From: Eledone cirrhosa
Taxonomy: Eukaryota
DNA: 64,000 nt
Direction: 5' to 3'
NCBI GenBank assembly: GCA_964016885.1
Contig: OZ024740.1
Span: 14,632,001 to 14,696,000, forward strand
The notes under the pieces are model-generated. The model ran no database searches, was not told where the DNA came from, and was given only the letters and a program-made list of their open reading frames with translations. Below, one piece after another: positions 1-14,800 of the stretch. Each line of letters opens with the position of its first letter. Positions within the stretch are counted from its first letter, which is position 1. A program made the translations under genes and the position numbers.

Positions 1-3000
1 GTTGTTACTGTTGTTACTGTTGTTGTTACTGTTGTTGTTACTGCTGTTGTTACTCTTGTTGTTACTGCTGTTGTTACTGCTGTTGTTACTGTTGTTGTTA
101 CTGTTGTTGTTACTGTTGTGGTTTCTGTTGTTGTTACTGTTGTTGTTACTGTTGTTGTTACTGTTGTTGTTACTGTTGTTGTTACTGTTATTCTTACTGT
201 TGTTGTTACTGTTGTTGTTACTGTTGTTACTGTTGTTGTTACTGTTGTTGTTACTGCTGTTGTTACTGTTGTTGTTACTGCTGTTGTTACTGCTGTTGTT
301 ACTGTTGTTGTTACTGTTGTTGTTACTGTTGTTGTTACTGTTGTTGTTACTGTTGTTGTTACTGTTGTTGTTACTGTTGTTGTTACTGTTGTTGTTACTG
401 TTGTTGTTACTGCTGTTGTTACTGCTGTTGTTACTGTTGTTGTTACTGCTGTTGTTACTGCTGTTGTTACTGTTGTTGTTACTGTTGTTGTTACTGTTGT
501 TGTTACTGCTGTTGTTACTGATGTTGTTACTGTTGTTGTTACTGTTGTTGTTACTCTTGTTGTTACTGCTGTTGTTACTGCTGTTGTTACTGTTGTTGTT
601 ACTGTTGTTGTTACTGTTGTGGTTTCTGTTGTTGTTACTGTTGTTGTTACTGTTGTTGTTACTGTTGTTGTTACTGTTGTTGTTACTGTTATTCTTACTG
701 TTGTTGTTACTGTTGTTGTTACTGTTGTTACTGTTGTTGTTACTGTTGTTACTGTTGTTGTTACTGTTGTTGTTACTGCTGTTGTTACTGTTGTTGTTAC
801 TGCTGTTGTTACTGCTGTTGTTACTGTTGTTGTTACTGTTGTTGTTACTGTTGTGGTTTCTGTTGTTGTTACTGTTGTTGTTACTGTTGTTGTTACTGTT
901 GTTGTTACTGTTGTTGTTACTGTTGTTGTTACTGTTGTTGTTACTGCTGTTACTGTTGTTGTTACTGTTTTTGTTACTGCTGTTGTTACTCTTGTTGTTA
1001 CTGCTGTTACTGTTGTTGTTACTGTTGTTGTTACTGCTGTTGTTACTGTTGTTGTTACTGTTGTTGTTACTGTTGTGGTTTCTGTTGTTGTTACTGTTGT
1101 TGTTACTGTTGTTGTTACTGTTGTTGTTACTGTTGTTGTTACTGTTGTTGTTACTGTTGTTGTTACTGCTGTTGTTACTGTTGTTGTTACTGCTGTTGTT
1201 ACTGTTGTGGTTTCTGTTGTTGTTACTGTTGTTGTTACTGTTCTTGTTACTGTTGTTGTTACTGCTGTTGTTACTGTTGTTGTTACTGCTGTTGTTACTG
1301 TTGTTGTTACTGTTGTTGTTACTGTTGTTGTTACTGTTGTTGTTACTGCTGTTGTTACTGTTGTTGTTACTGTTGTTGTTACTGTTGTTGTTACTGTTGT
1401 TGTTACTGCTGTTACTGTTGTTGTTACTGTTGTTGTTACTGCTGTTGTTACTCTTGTTGTTACTGCTGTTACTGTTGTTGTTACTGTTGTTGTTACTGCT
1501 GTTGTTACTGTTGTTGTTACTGTTGTTGTTACTGTTGTGGTTTCTGTTGTTGTTACTGTTGTTGTTACTGTTGTTGTTACTGTTGTTGTTACTGTTGTTG
1601 TTACTGTTGTTGTTACTGTTGTTGTTACTGCTGTTGTTACTGTTGTTGTTACTGCTGTTGTTACTGTTGTGGTTTCTGTTGTTGTTACTGTTGTTGTTAC
1701 TGTTGTTGTTACTGTTGTTGTTACTGCTGTTGTTACTGTTGTTGTTACTGCTGTTGTTACTGCTGTTGTTACTGTTGTTGTTACTGTTGTTGTTACTGCT
1801 GTTGTTACTGTTGTTGTTACTGCTGTTATTACTGCTGTTGTTACTGTTGTTGTTACTGTTGTTGTTACTGCTGTTGTTACTGATGTTGTTACTGTTGTTG
1901 TTACTGTTGTTGTTACTGTTGTTGTTACTGCTGTTGTTACTGCTGTTGTTACTGTTGTTGTTACTGTTGTTACTGTTGTTGTTACTGTTGTTGTTACTGC
2001 TGTTGTTACTGTTGTTGTTACTGCTGTTGTTACTGCCGTTGTTACTGTTGTTGTTACTGTTGTTGTTACTGTTGTGGTTTCTGTTGTTGTTACTGTTGTT
2101 GTTACTGTTGTTGTTACTGTTGTTGTTACTGTTGTTGTTACTGTTGTTGTTACTGCTGTTGTTACTGTTGTTACTGTTGTTGTTAGTGCTGTTGTTACTG
2201 TTGTTGTTACTGTTGTTGTTACTGTTGTTGTTACGCTTGTTGTTACTGTTGTTGTTACTGTTGTTGTTACTGTTGTTGTTACTGTTGTTGTTACTGTTGT
2301 TGTTACTGTTGTTGTTACTGTTGTTGTTACTGTTGTTGTTACTGTTGTTGTTACTGCTGTTGTTACTGTTGTTGTTACTGCTGTTGTTACTGTTGTGGTT
2401 TCTGTTGTTGTTACTGTTGTTTTTACTGTTGTTGTTACTGTTGTTATTACTGTTGTTGTTACTGCTGTTGTTACTGTTGTTGTTACTGCTGTTGTTACTG
2501 CTGTTGTTACTGTTGTTGTTACTGTTGTTGTTACTGTTGTTGTTACTGTTGTTGTTACTGCTGTTGTTACTGTTGTTGTTACTGTTGTTGTTACTTTTGT
2601 TGTTACTGTTGTTGTTACTGTTGTTGTTACTGCTGTTGTTACTGTTGTTGTTACAGTTGTTGTTACTGCTGTTGTTACTGTTGTAGTTACTGTTGTTGTT
2701 ACTGTTGTTGTTACTGTTGTTGTTACTGTTGTGGTTTCTGTTGTTGTTACTGTTGTTGTTATTGTTGTTGTTACTGTTGTTGTTACTGTTGTTGTTACTG
2801 TTGTTACTGTTGTTGTTACTGCTGTTGTTACTGTTGTTGTTACTGTTGTTGTTACTGTTATTGTTACTGCTGTTACTGTTGTTGTTACTGCTGTTGTTAC
2901 AGTTGTTGTTACTGTTATTGTTACTGCTGTTGTTACTGTTGTTGTTACTGCTGTTGTTACTGTTGTTGTTACTGTTGTTGTTACTGTTGTTGTTACTGTT

Positions 3001-6000
3001 GTTACTGTTGTTGTTGTTACTGTTGTTGTTACTGTTGTTGTTACTGCTGTTACTGTTGTTGTTACTGTTGTTGTTACTACTGTTGTTACTGTTATTGTTA
3101 CTGCTGTTGTTACTGTTGTTGTTGCTGTTACTGCTGTTGTTGTTGTTGTTGTTACTATTGTTGTTGTTACTGTTGTTGTTGTTACTGTTGTTGTTACTGT
3201 TGTTGTTGTTACTGTTGTTGTTACTTCTGTTGTTACTGTTGTTGTTACTGTTGTTATTACTGCTGTTGTTACCGTTGTTACTGTTGTTGTTACTGTTGTT
3301 GTTACTGTTGTTGTTACTGCTGTTGTTACTGTTGTTACTGTTGTTGTTACTGTTGTTGTTACTGTTGTTGTTACTGCTGTTACTGTTGTTGTTACTGTTG
3401 TTGTTACTGCTGTTGTTACTCTTGTTGTTACTGCTGTTACTGTTGTTGTTACTGTTGTTGTTACTGCTGTTGTTACTGTTGTTGTTACTGTTGTTGTTAC
3501 TGTTGTGGTTTCTGTTGTTGTTACTTTTGTTGTTACTGTTGTTGTTACTGTTGTTGTTACTGTTGTTGTTACTGTTGTTGTTACTGTTGTTGTTACTGCT
3601 GTTGTTACTGTTGTTGTTACTGCTGTTGTTACTGTTGTCGTTTCTGTTGTTGTTACTGTTGTTGTTACTGTTGTTGTTACTGTTGTTGTTACTGCTGTTG
3701 TTACTGTTGTTGTTACTGCTGTTGTTACTGCTGTTGTTACTGTTGTTGTTACTGTTGTTGTTACTGTTGTTGTTACTGTTGTTGTTACTGTTGTTGTTAC
3801 TGCTGTTGTTACTGTTGTTGTTACTGTTGTTGTTACTGTTGTTGTTACTGTTGTTGTTACTGTTGTTGTTACTGTTGTTGTTACTGCTGTTGTTAATGTT
3901 GTTGTTACTGTTGTTGTTACTGTTGTTGTTACTGTTGTTATTGCTGTTGTTGTTACTGTTGTTGTTACTGTTGTTGTTACTGTTGTTGTTACTATTGTTG
4001 TTACTGTTGTTGGTACTGCTGTTGTTACTGTTGTTACTGCTGTTGTTACTGTTGTTGTTACTGTTGTTGTTACTGTTGTTGTTACTGCTGTTGTTACTGT
4101 TGTTGTTACTGTTGTTGTTACTGTTGTTGTTACTGTTGTTGTTACTGTTGTTGTTACTGTTGTTGTTACTGTTGTTACTGTTTGTTGTTACTGCTGTTGT
4201 TACTGTTGTTGTTACTGTTGTTGTTACTGTTGTTGTTACTGATGTTGTTACTGTTGTTATTGTTGTTGTTACTGTTGTTGTTACTGTTGTTGTTACTGTT
4301 GTGGTTTCTGTTGTTGCTACTGTTGTTGTTACAGTTGTTGTTACTGTTGTTGTTACTGTTGTTGTTACTGTTGTTGTTACTGTTGTTGTTACTGTTGTGG
4401 TTTCTGTTGTTGTTACTGTTGTTGTTACTGTTGTTGTTACTGTTGTTGTTTCTGTTGTTGTTACTGTTATTGTTACTGTTGTGGTTTCTGTTGTTGTTAC
4501 TGTTGTTGTTACAGTTGTTGTTACTGTTGTTGTTACTGTAGTTGTTACTGTTGTGGATTCTGTTGTTGTTACTGTTGTTGTTACTGTTGTGGTTTCTGTT
4601 GTTGTTACTGTTGTTGTTACTGTTGTTGTTACTGTTGTTGTTACTGCTGTTGTTACTGTTGTGGTTTCTGTTGTTGTTACTATTGTTGTTACTGTTGTTG
4701 TTACTGTTGTTGTTACTGTTGTTGTTACTGCTGTTGTTACTGTTGTTGTTACTGCTGTTGTTACTGCTGTTGTTACTGTTGTTGTTACTGTTGTTGTTAC
4801 TGTTGTTGTTACTGTTGTTGTTACTGTTGTTGTTACTGCTGTTGTTACTGTTGTTGTTACTGTTGTTGTTACTGTTGTTGTTACTGTTGTTGTTACTGTT
4901 GTTGTTACTGCTGTTGTTACTGCTGTTGTTACTGTTGTTGTTACTGTTGTTGTTACTGTTGTTGTTGCTGTTGTTGTTACTGTTGTTGTTACTGTTGTTG
5001 TTACTGTTGTTGTTACTGTTGTTGTTACTGCTGTTGTTACTGTTGTTGTTACTGTTGTTGTTACTGTTGTTGTTACTGTTGTTGTTGCTGTTTTTGTTAC
5101 TGTTGTTGTTACTGTTGTTGTTACTGTTGTTGTTACTGTTGTTGTTACTGCTGTTGTTACTGTTGTTGTTACTGTTGTTGTTACTGTTGTTACTGTTGTT
5201 GTTACTGTTGTTGTTACTGCTGTTGTTACTGTTGTTGTTACTGTTGTTGTTACTGCTGTTGTTACTGCTGTTGTTACTGTTGTTGTTACTGTTGTTGTTA
5301 CTGTTGTTGTTACTGCTGTTGTTACTGCTGTTGTTACTGTTGTTGTTACTGTTGTTGTTACTGTTGTTGTTACTGTTGTTGTTACTGTTGTTGTTACTGC
5401 TGTTGTTACTGTTGTTGTTACTGTTGTTGTTACTGCTGTTGTTACTGTTGTTATTACTGCTGTTGTTACTGTTGTTGTTACTGTTGTTGTTACTGTTGTT
5501 ACTGTTGTTGTTACTGTTGTTGTTACTGCTGTTGTTACTCTTGTTGTTACTGCTGTTGTTACTGCTGTTGTTACTGTTGTTGTTACTGTTGGTGTTACTG
5601 TTGTGGTTGCTGTTGTTGTTACTGTTGTTGTTACTGTTGTTGTTACTGTTGTTGTTACTGTTGTTGTTACTGTTATTCTTACTGTTGTTGTTACTGTTGT
5701 TGTTACTGTTGTTACTGTTGTTATTACTGTTGTTGTTACTGCTGTTGTTACTGTTGTTGTTACTGCTGTTGTTACTGCTGTTGTTACTGTTGTTGTTACT
5801 GTTGTGGGTTCTGTTGTTGTTACTGTTGTTGTTACTGTTGTTGTTACTGTTGTTGTTACTGTTGTTGTTACTGTTGTTGTTACTGTTGTTACTGTTGTTG
5901 TTACTGCTGTTGTTACTGTTGTTGTTACTGTTGTTGTTACTGTTGTTGTTACTGCTGTTACTGTTGTTGTAACTGCTGTTGTTACAGTTGTTGTTACTGT

Positions 6001-7437
6001 TATTGTTACTGCTGTTGTTACTGCTGTTGTTACTCTTGTTGTTACTGCTGTTGTTACTGCTGTTGTTACTGTTGTTGTTACTGTTGTTGTTACTGTTGTG
6101 GGTTCTGTTGTTGTTACTGTTGTTGTTACTGTTGTTGTTACTGTTGTTGTTACTGTTGTTGTTACTGTTGTTGTTACTGTTGTTGTTACTGTTGTTCTTA
6201 CTGTTGTTGTTACTGTTGTTGTTACTGCTGTTGTTACTGTTGTTGTTACTGTTGTTGTTACTGTTGTGGTTTCTGTTGTTGTTACTGTTGTTGTTACTGT
6301 TGTTGTTACTGTTGTTGTTACTGTTGTTGTTACTGTTGTTGTTACTGCTGTTGTTACTGCTGTTGTTACTGCTGTTGTTACTGTTGTTGTTACTGCTGTT
6401 GTTACTGCTGTTGTTACTGTTGTTGATACTGTTGTTGTTACTATTGTTGTTACTGCTGTTGTTACTGTTGTTGTTACTGTTGTTGTTACTGCTGTTGTTA
6501 CTGTTGTTGTTACTGTTGTTGTTACTGCTGTTGTTACTGCTGTTGTTACTGTTGTTGTTACTGTTGTTGTTACTGCTGTTGTACTGCTGTTGTTACTGTT
6601 GTTGTTACGGTTGTTGTCACTGTTGTTGTTACTGCTGTTGTTACTGTTGTTGTTACTGTTGTTGTTACTGCTGTTGTTACTGTCGTTGTCACTGTCGTTG
6701 TTACTGTTGTTGTTACTGCTGTTGTTACTGTTGTTGTTACTGTTGTTGTTACTGCTGTTGTTACTGTTGTTGTTATTGTTGTTGTTACTGCTGTTGTTAC
6801 TGTTGTTGTTACTGTTGTTGTTACTGCTGTTGTTACTGTTGTTGTTACTGTTGTTGTTACTGTTGTTGTTACTGTTGTTACTGTTGTTGTTACTGTTGTT
6901 GTTACTGTTGTGGTTACTGTTGTTGTTACTGTTGTTACTGTTGTTGTTACTGTTGTTGTTATTGCTGTTGTTACTGTTGTTACTGTTGTTGTTACTGTTG
7001 TTGTTACTGTTGTTGTCACTGTTGTTGTTACTGCTGTTGTTACTGTTGATTTTACTGTTGTTGTTACTGTTGTTGTTACTGTTGTTGTTACTGCTGTTGT
7101 TACTGTTGTTGTTACTGTTGTTGTTACTGTTGTTGTTACTGTTGTTGTTACTGTTGTTGTTACTGTTGTTACTGTTGTTGTTACTGCTGTTGTTACTGTT
7201 GTTGTTACTGTTGTTGTTACTGTTGTTGTTACTGCTGTTACTGTTGTTGTTACTGCTGTTGTTACAGTTGTTGTTACTGTTATTGTTACTGCTGTTGTTA
7301 CTGTTGTTGTTACTGCTGTTGTTACTGTTGTTGTTACTGTTGTTGTTACTGTTGTTGTTACTGTTGTTACTGTTGTTGTTACTGTTGTTGTTACTGTTGT
7401 TGTTACTGCTGTTACTGTTGTTGTTAATGTTGTTGTT

Positions 7438-7640
7438 ACTACTGTTGTTACTGTTATTGTAACTGCTGTTGTTACTGTTGTTGTTGCTGTTACTGTTGTT
7501 GTTGTTGTTGTTGTTACTATTGTTGTTGTTACTGTTGTTGTTGTTACTGTTGTTGTTACTGTTGTTGTTGTTACTGTTGTTGTTACTGCTGTTGTTACTG
7601 TTGTTGTTACTGTTGTTATTACTGCTGTTGTTACCGTTGT
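7438..7640. repeat. Recurrent ~200-bp landmark cassette: ACTACT...GTTATTGTAACT GCTGTTGTTACT GTTGTTGTTGCTGTTACT (GTT)6-8 ACTATT ... ATTACT GCTGTTGTTACC (representative copy)
   Basis: The same ordered cluster of rare variants occurs near 3075 (lacking the TAA), 7440, 9905, 13245, 15395, 19335, 21800, 25140, 27290, 29545, 34285, 39632, 42242 (truncated), 47401, 49651, 51679, 54190 and 58312. Confidence 0.9.
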
Positions 7641-10600
7641 TACTGTTGTTGTTACTGTTGTTGTTACTGTTGTTGTTACTGCTGTTGTTACTGTTGTTAC
7701 TGTTGTTGTTACTGTTGTTGTTACTGTTGTTGTTACTGCTGTTACTGTTGTTGTTACTGTTGTTGTTACTGCTGTTGTTACTGTTGTTGTTACTGCTGTT
7801 ACTGTTGTTGTTACTGTTGTTACTGCTGTTGTTACTGTTGTTGTTACTGTTGTTGTTACTGTTGTGGTTTCTGTTGTTGTTACTGTTGTTGTTACTGTTG
7901 TTGTTACTGTTGTTGTTACTGTTGTTGTTACTGTTGTTGTTACTGCTGTTGTTACTGTTGTTGTTACTGCTGTTGTTACTGTTGTGGTTTCTGTTGTTGT
8001 TACTGTTGTTGTTACTGTTGTTGTTACTGTTGTTGTTACTGCTGTTGTTACTGCTGTTGTTACTGTTGTTGTTACTGTTGTTGTTACTGTTGTTACTGTT
8101 GTTGTTACTGTTGTTGTTACTGCTGTTGTTACTGTTGTTGTTACTGCTGTTGTTACTGCTGTTGTTACTGTTGTTGTTACTGTTGTTGTTACTGCTGTTG
8201 TTACTGCTGTTGTTACTGTTGTTGTTACTGTTGTTGTTACTGCTGTTGTTACTGCTGTTGTTACTGTTGTTGTTACTGTTATTGTTACTGTTGTTGTTAC
8301 TGTTGTTGTTACTGTTGTTGTTACTGCTGTTGTTACTGTTGTTGTTACTGTTGTTGTTACTGCTGTTGTTACTGTTGTTGTTACTGCTGTTGTTACTGTT
8401 GTTGTTACTGTTGTTGTTACTGTTGTTACTGTTGTTGTTACTGTTGTTGTTACTGCTGTTGTTACTCTTGTTGTTACTGTTGTTGTTACTGTAGTGGTTG
8501 CTGTTGTTGTTACTGTTGTTGTTACTGTTGTTGTTACTGTTGTTGTTACTGTTGTTGTTACTGTTATTCTTACTGTTGTTGTTACTGTTGTTGTTACTGC
8601 TGTTACTGTTGTTGTTACTGTTGTTGTTACTGCTGTTGTTACTGTTGTTGTTACTGCTGTTGTTACTGCTGTTGTTACTGTTGTTGTTACTGTTGTTGTT
8701 ACTGTTGTGGGTTCTGTTGTTGTTACTGTTGTTGTTACTGTTGTTGTTACTGTTGTTGTTACTGTTGTTGTTACTGTTGTTCTTACTGTTGTTGTTACTG
8801 TTGTTGTTACTGCTGTTGTTACTGTTGTTGTTACTGTTGTTGTTACTGTTGTTGTTACTGCTGTTGTTACTGTTGTTGTTACTGTTGTTGTTACTGCTGT
8901 TGTTACTGTTGTTGTTACTGTTGTTGTTACTGCTGTTGTTACTGTTGTTGTTACTGTTGTTGTTACTGCTGTTGTTACTGTTGTTGTTACTGTTGTTGTT
9001 ACTGTTGTTGTTACTGTTGTTACTGTTGTTGTTACTGTTGTTGTTACTGTTGTTGTTACTGTTGTTGTTACTGTTGTTACTGTTGTTGTTACTGTTGTTG
9101 TTATTGCTGTTGTTAATGTTGTTACTGTTGTTGTTACTGTTGTTGTTACTGTTGTTGTCACTGTTGTTGTTACTGCTGTTGTTACTGTTGTTTTTACTGT
9201 TGTTGTTACTGTTGTTGTTACTGTTGTTGTTACTGCTGTTGTTACTGTTGTTGTTACTGTTGTTGTTACTGTTGTTGTTACTGTTGTTGTTACTGTTGTT
9301 GTTACTGTTGTTACTGTTGTTGTTACTGCTGTTGTTACTGTTGTTGTTACTGTTGTTGTTACTATGTTGTTGTTACTGCTGTTACTGTTGTTGTTACTGC
9401 TGTTGTTACAGTTGTTGTTACTGTTATTGTTACTGCTGTTGTTACTGTTGTTTTTACTGTTGATGTAACTGTTGTTGTTACTGCTGTTGTTACTGTTGTT
9501 GTTACTGTTGTTGTCACTGTTGTTGTTACTGCTGTTGTTACTGTTGTTTTTACTGTTGATGTTACTGTTGTTGTTACTGTTGTTGTTACTGCTGTTGTTA
9601 CTGTTGTTGTTACTGTTGTTGTTACTGTTGTTGTTACTGTTGTTGTTACTGTTGTTACTGTTGTTGTTACTGCTGTTGTTACTGTTGTTGTTACTGTTGT
9701 TGTTACTGTTGTTGTTACTGCTGTTACTGTTGTTGTTACTGCTGTTTTTACAGTTGTTGTTACTGTTATTGTTACTGCTGTTGTTACTGTTGTTGTTACT
9801 ACTGTTGTTACTGTTGTTGTTACTGTTGTTGTTACTGTTGTTGTTACTGTTGTTACTGTTGTTGTTACTGTTGTTGTTACTGTTGTTGTTACTGTTGTTG
9901 TTACTACTGTTGTTACTGTTATTGTAACTGCTGTTGTTACTGTTGTTGTTGCTGTTACTGTTGTTGTTGTTGTTGTTGTTACTATTGTTGTTGTTACTGT
10001 TGTTGTTGTTACTGTTGTTGTTACTGTTGTTGTTGTTACTGTTGTTGTTACTGCTGTTGTTACTGTTGTTGTTACTGTTGTTATTACTGCTGTTGTTACC
10101 GTTGTTACTGTTGTTGTTACTGTTGTTGTTACTGTTGTTGTTACTGCTGTTGTTACTGTTGTTACTGTTGTTGTTACTGTTGTTGTTACTGTTGTTGTTA
10201 CTGTTGTTGTTACTGTTGTTGTTACTGCTGTTACTGTTGTTGTTACTGTTGTTGTTACTGCTGTTGTTACTGTTGTTGTTACTGCTGTTACTGTTGTTGT
10301 TACTGTTGTTGTTACTGCTGTTGTTACTGTTGTTGTTACTGTTGTTGTTACTGTTGTGGTTTCTGTTGTTGTTACTGTTGTTGTTACTGTTGTTGTTACT
10401 GTTGTTGTTACTGTTGTTGTTACTGTTGTTGTTACTGCTGTTGTTACTGTTGTTGTTACTGCTGTTGTTACTGTTGTGGTTTCTGTTGTTGTTACTGTTG
10501 TTGTTACTGCTGTTGTTACTGTTGTTGTTACTGTTGTTGTTACTGTTGTTGTAAATGTTGTTCTTACTGTTGTTGTTACTGCTGTTGTTACTGTTGTTGT

Positions 10601-11884
10601 TACTGTTGTTGTTACTGTTGTTGTTACTGTTGTTGTTACTGTTGTTGTTACTGTTGTTGTTACTGTTGTTGTTACTGTTGTTGTTACTGTTGTTGTTACT
10701 GTTGTTGTTACTGTTGTTGTTACTGTTGTTGTTACTGTTGTTGTTACTGCTGTTGTTACTGTTGTTGTTACTGTTGTTGTTACTGTTGTTGTTACTGTTG
10801 TTGTTACTGCTGTTGTTACTGTTGTTGTTACTGTTGTTGTTGTTACTGTTGTTGTTACTGCTGTTGTTACTGTTGTTGTTACTGTTGTTATTACTGCTGT
10901 TGTTACCGTTGTTACTGTTGTTGTTACTGTTGTTGTTACTGTTGTTGTTACTGCTGTTGTTACTGTTGTTACTGTTGTTGTTACTGTTGTTGTTACTGTT
11001 GTTGTTACTGCTGTTACTGTTGTTGTTACTGTTGTTGTCACTGCTGTTGTTACTGTTGTTGTTACTGCTGTTACTGTTGTTGTTACTGTTGTTACTGCTG
11101 TTGTTACTGTTGTTGTTACTGTTGTTGTTACTGTTGTGGTTTCTGTTGTTGTTACTGTTGTTGTTACTGTTGTTGTTACTGTTGTTGTTACTGTTGTTGT
11201 TACTGTTGTTGTTACTGCTGTTGTTACTGTTGTTGTTACTGCTGTTGTTACTGTTGTGGTTTCTGTTGTTGTTACTGTTGTTGTTACTGTTGTTGTTACT
11301 GTTGTTGTTACTGCTGTTGTTACTGTTGTTGTTACTGCTGTTGTTACTGCTGTTGTTACTGTTGTTGTTACTGTTGTTGTTACTGTTGTTACTGTTGTTG
11401 TTACTGTTGTTGTTACTGCTGTTGTTACTGTTGTTGTTACTGCTGTTGTTACTGCTGTTGTTACTGTTGTTGTTACTGTTGTTGTTACTGCTGTTGTTAC
11501 TGCTGTTGTTACTGTTGTTGTTACTGTTGTTGTTACTGTTGTTGTTACTGCTGTTGTTACTGCTGTTGTTACTGTTGTTGTTACTGTTATTGTTACTGTT
11601 GTTGTTACTGTTGTTGTTACTGTTGTTGTTACTGCTGTTGTTACTGTTGTTGTTACTGTTGTTGTTACTGCTGTTGTTACTGTTGTTGTTACTGCTGTTG
11701 TTACTGTTGTTGTTACTGTTGTTGTTACTGTTGTTACTGTTGTTGTTACTGTTGTTGTTACTGCTGTTGTTACTCTTGTTGTTACTGTTGTTGTTACTGT
11801 TGTGGTTGCTGTTGTTGTTACTGTTGTTGTTACTGTTGTTGTTACTGTTGTTGTTACTGTTGTTGTTACTGTTATTCTTACTGT

Positions 11885-14800
11885 TGTTGTTACTGTTGTT
11901 GTTACTGTTGTTACTGGTGTTGTTACTGTTGTTGTTACTGCTGTTGTTACTGTTGTTGTTACTGCTGTTGTTACTGCTGTTGTTACTGTTGTTGTTACTG
12001 TTGTTGTTACTGTTGTGGGTTCTGTTGTTGTTACTGTTGTTGTTACTGTTGTTGTTACTGTTGTTGTTACTGTTGTTGTTACTGTTGTTCTTACTGTTGT
12101 TGTTACTGTTGTTGTTACTGTTGTTGTTACTGTTGTTGTTACTGTTGTTGTTACTGTTGTTCTTACTGTTGTTGTTACTGTTGTTGTTACTGTTGTTGTT
12201 ACTGTTGTTGTTACTGCTGTTGTTACTGTTGTTGTTACTGTTGTTGTTACTGCTGTTGTTACTGTTGTTGTTACTGTTGTTGTTACTGCTGTTGTTACTG
12301 TTGTTGTTACTGTTGTTGTTACTGCTGTTGTTACTGTTGTTGTTACTGTTGTTGTTACTGTTGTTGTTACTGTTGTTACTGTTGTTGTTACTGTTGTTGT
12401 TACTGTTGTTGTTACTGTTGTTGTTACTGTTGTTACTGTTGTTGTTACTGTTGTTGTTATTGCTGTTGTTAATGTTGTTACTGTTGTTGTTACTGTTGTT
12501 GTTACTGTTGTTGTTACTGTTGTTGTCACTGTTGTTGTTACTGCTGTTGTTACTGTTGTTTTTACTGTTGTTGTTACTGTTGTTGTTACTGTTGTTGTTA
12601 CTGCTGTTGTTACTGTTGTTGTTACTGTTGTTGTTACTGTTGTTGTTACTGTTGTTGTTACTGTTGTTGTTACTGTTGTTACTGTTGTTGTTACTGCTGT
12701 TGTTACTGTTGTTGTTACTGTTGTTGTTACTGTTGTTGTTACTGCTGTTACTGTTGTTGTTACTGCTGTTGTTACAGTTGTTGTTACTGTTATTGTTACT
12801 GCTGTTGTTACTGTTGTTTTTACTGTTGATGTTACTGTTGTTGTTACTGCTGTTGTTACTGTTGTTGTTACTGTTGTTGTCACTGTTGTTGTTACTGCTG
12901 TTGTTACTGTTGTTTTTACTGTTGATGTTACTGTTGTTGTTACTGTTGTTGTTACTGCTGTTGTTACTGTTGTTGTTACTGTTGTTGTTACTGTTGTTGT
13001 TACTGTTGTTGTTACTGTTGTTGTTACTGTTGTTGTTACTGCTGTTACTGTTGTTGTTACTGCTGTTGTTACAGTTGTTGTTACTGTTATTGTTACTGCT
13101 GTTGTTACTGTTGTTGTTACTGCTGTTGTTACTGTTGTTGTTACTGTTGTTGTTACTGTTGTTGTTACTGTTGTTACTGTTGTTGTTACTGTTGTTGTTA
13201 CTGTTGTTGTTACTGCTGTTACTGTTGTTGTTACTGTTGTTGTTACTACTGTTGTTACTGTTATTGTAAATGCTGTTGTTACTGTTGTTGTTGCTGTTAC
13301 TGTTGTTGTTGTTGTTGTTGTTACAATTGTTGTTGTTACTGTTGTTGTTGTTACTGTTGTTGTTACTGTTGTTGTTGTTACTGTTGTTGTTACTGCTGTT
13401 GTTACTGTTGTTGTTACTGTTGTTATTACTGCTGTTGTTACCGTTGTTACTGTTGTTGTTACTGTTGTTGTTACTGTTGTTGTTACTGCTGTTGTTACTG
13501 TTGTTACTGTTGTTGTTACTGTTGTTGTTACTGTTGTTGTTACTGTTGTTGTTACTGTTGTTGTTACTGCTGTTACTGTTGTTGTTACTGTTGTTGTTAC
13601 TGCTGTTGTTACTGTTGTTGTTACTGTTGTTACTGTTGTTGTTACTGTTGTTGTTACTGCTGTTGTTACTGTTGTTGTTACTGTTGTTGTTACTGTTGTG
13701 GTTTCTGTTGTTGTTACTGTTGTTGTTACTGTTGTTGTTACTGTTGTTGTTACTGTTGTTGTTACTGTTGTTGTTACTGCTGTTGTTACTGTTGTTGTTA
13801 CTGCTGTTGTTACTGTTGTGGTTTCTGTTGTTGTTACTGTTGTTGTTACTGTTGTTGTTACTGTTGTTGTTACTGCTGTTGTTACTGTTGTTGTTACTGC
13901 TGTTGTTACTGCTGTTGTTACTGTTGTTGTTACTGTTGTTGTTACTGCTGTTGTAAATGTTGTTCTTACTGTTGTTGTTACTGCTGTTGTTACTGTTGTT
14001 GTTACTGTTGTTGTTACTGTTGTTGTTACTGTTGTTGTTACTGTTGTTGTTACTGTTGTTGTTACTGTTGTTACTGGTGTTGTTACTGTTGTTGTTACTG
14101 CTGTTGTTACTGTTGTTGTTACTGCTGTTGTTACTGCTGTTGTTACTGTTGTTGTTACTGTTGTTGTTACTGTTGTGGGTTCTGTTGTTGTTACTGTTGT
14201 TGTTACTGTTGTTGTTACTGTTGTTGTTACTGTTGTTGTTACTGTTGTTCTTACTGTTGTTGTTACTGTTGTTGTTACTGTTGTTGTTACTGTTGTTGTT
14301 ACTGTTGTTGTTACTGTTGTTCTTACTGTTGTTGTTACTGTTGTTGTTACTGTTGTTGTTACTGTTGTTGTTACTGCTGTTGTTACTGTTGTTGTTACTG
14401 CTGTTGTTACTGTTGTTGTTACTGTTGTTGTTACTGCTGTTGTTACTGTTGTTGTTACTGTTGTTGTTACTGCTGTTGTTACTGTTGTTGTTACTGTTGT
14501 TGTTACTGTTGTTGTTACTGTTGTTACTGTTGTTGTTACTGTTGTTGTTACTGTTGTTGTTACTGTTGTTGTTACTGTTGTTACTGTTGTTGTTACTGTT
14601 GTTGTTATTGCTGTTGTTAATGTTGTTACTGTTGTTGTTACTGTTGTTGTTACTGTTGTTGTTACTGTTGTTGTCACTGTTGTTGTTACTGCTGTTGTTA
14701 CTGTTGTTTTTACTGTTGTTGTTACTGTTGTTGTTACTGTTGTTGTTACTGCTGTTGTTACTGTTGTTGTTACTGTTGTTGTTACTGTTGTTGTTACTGT

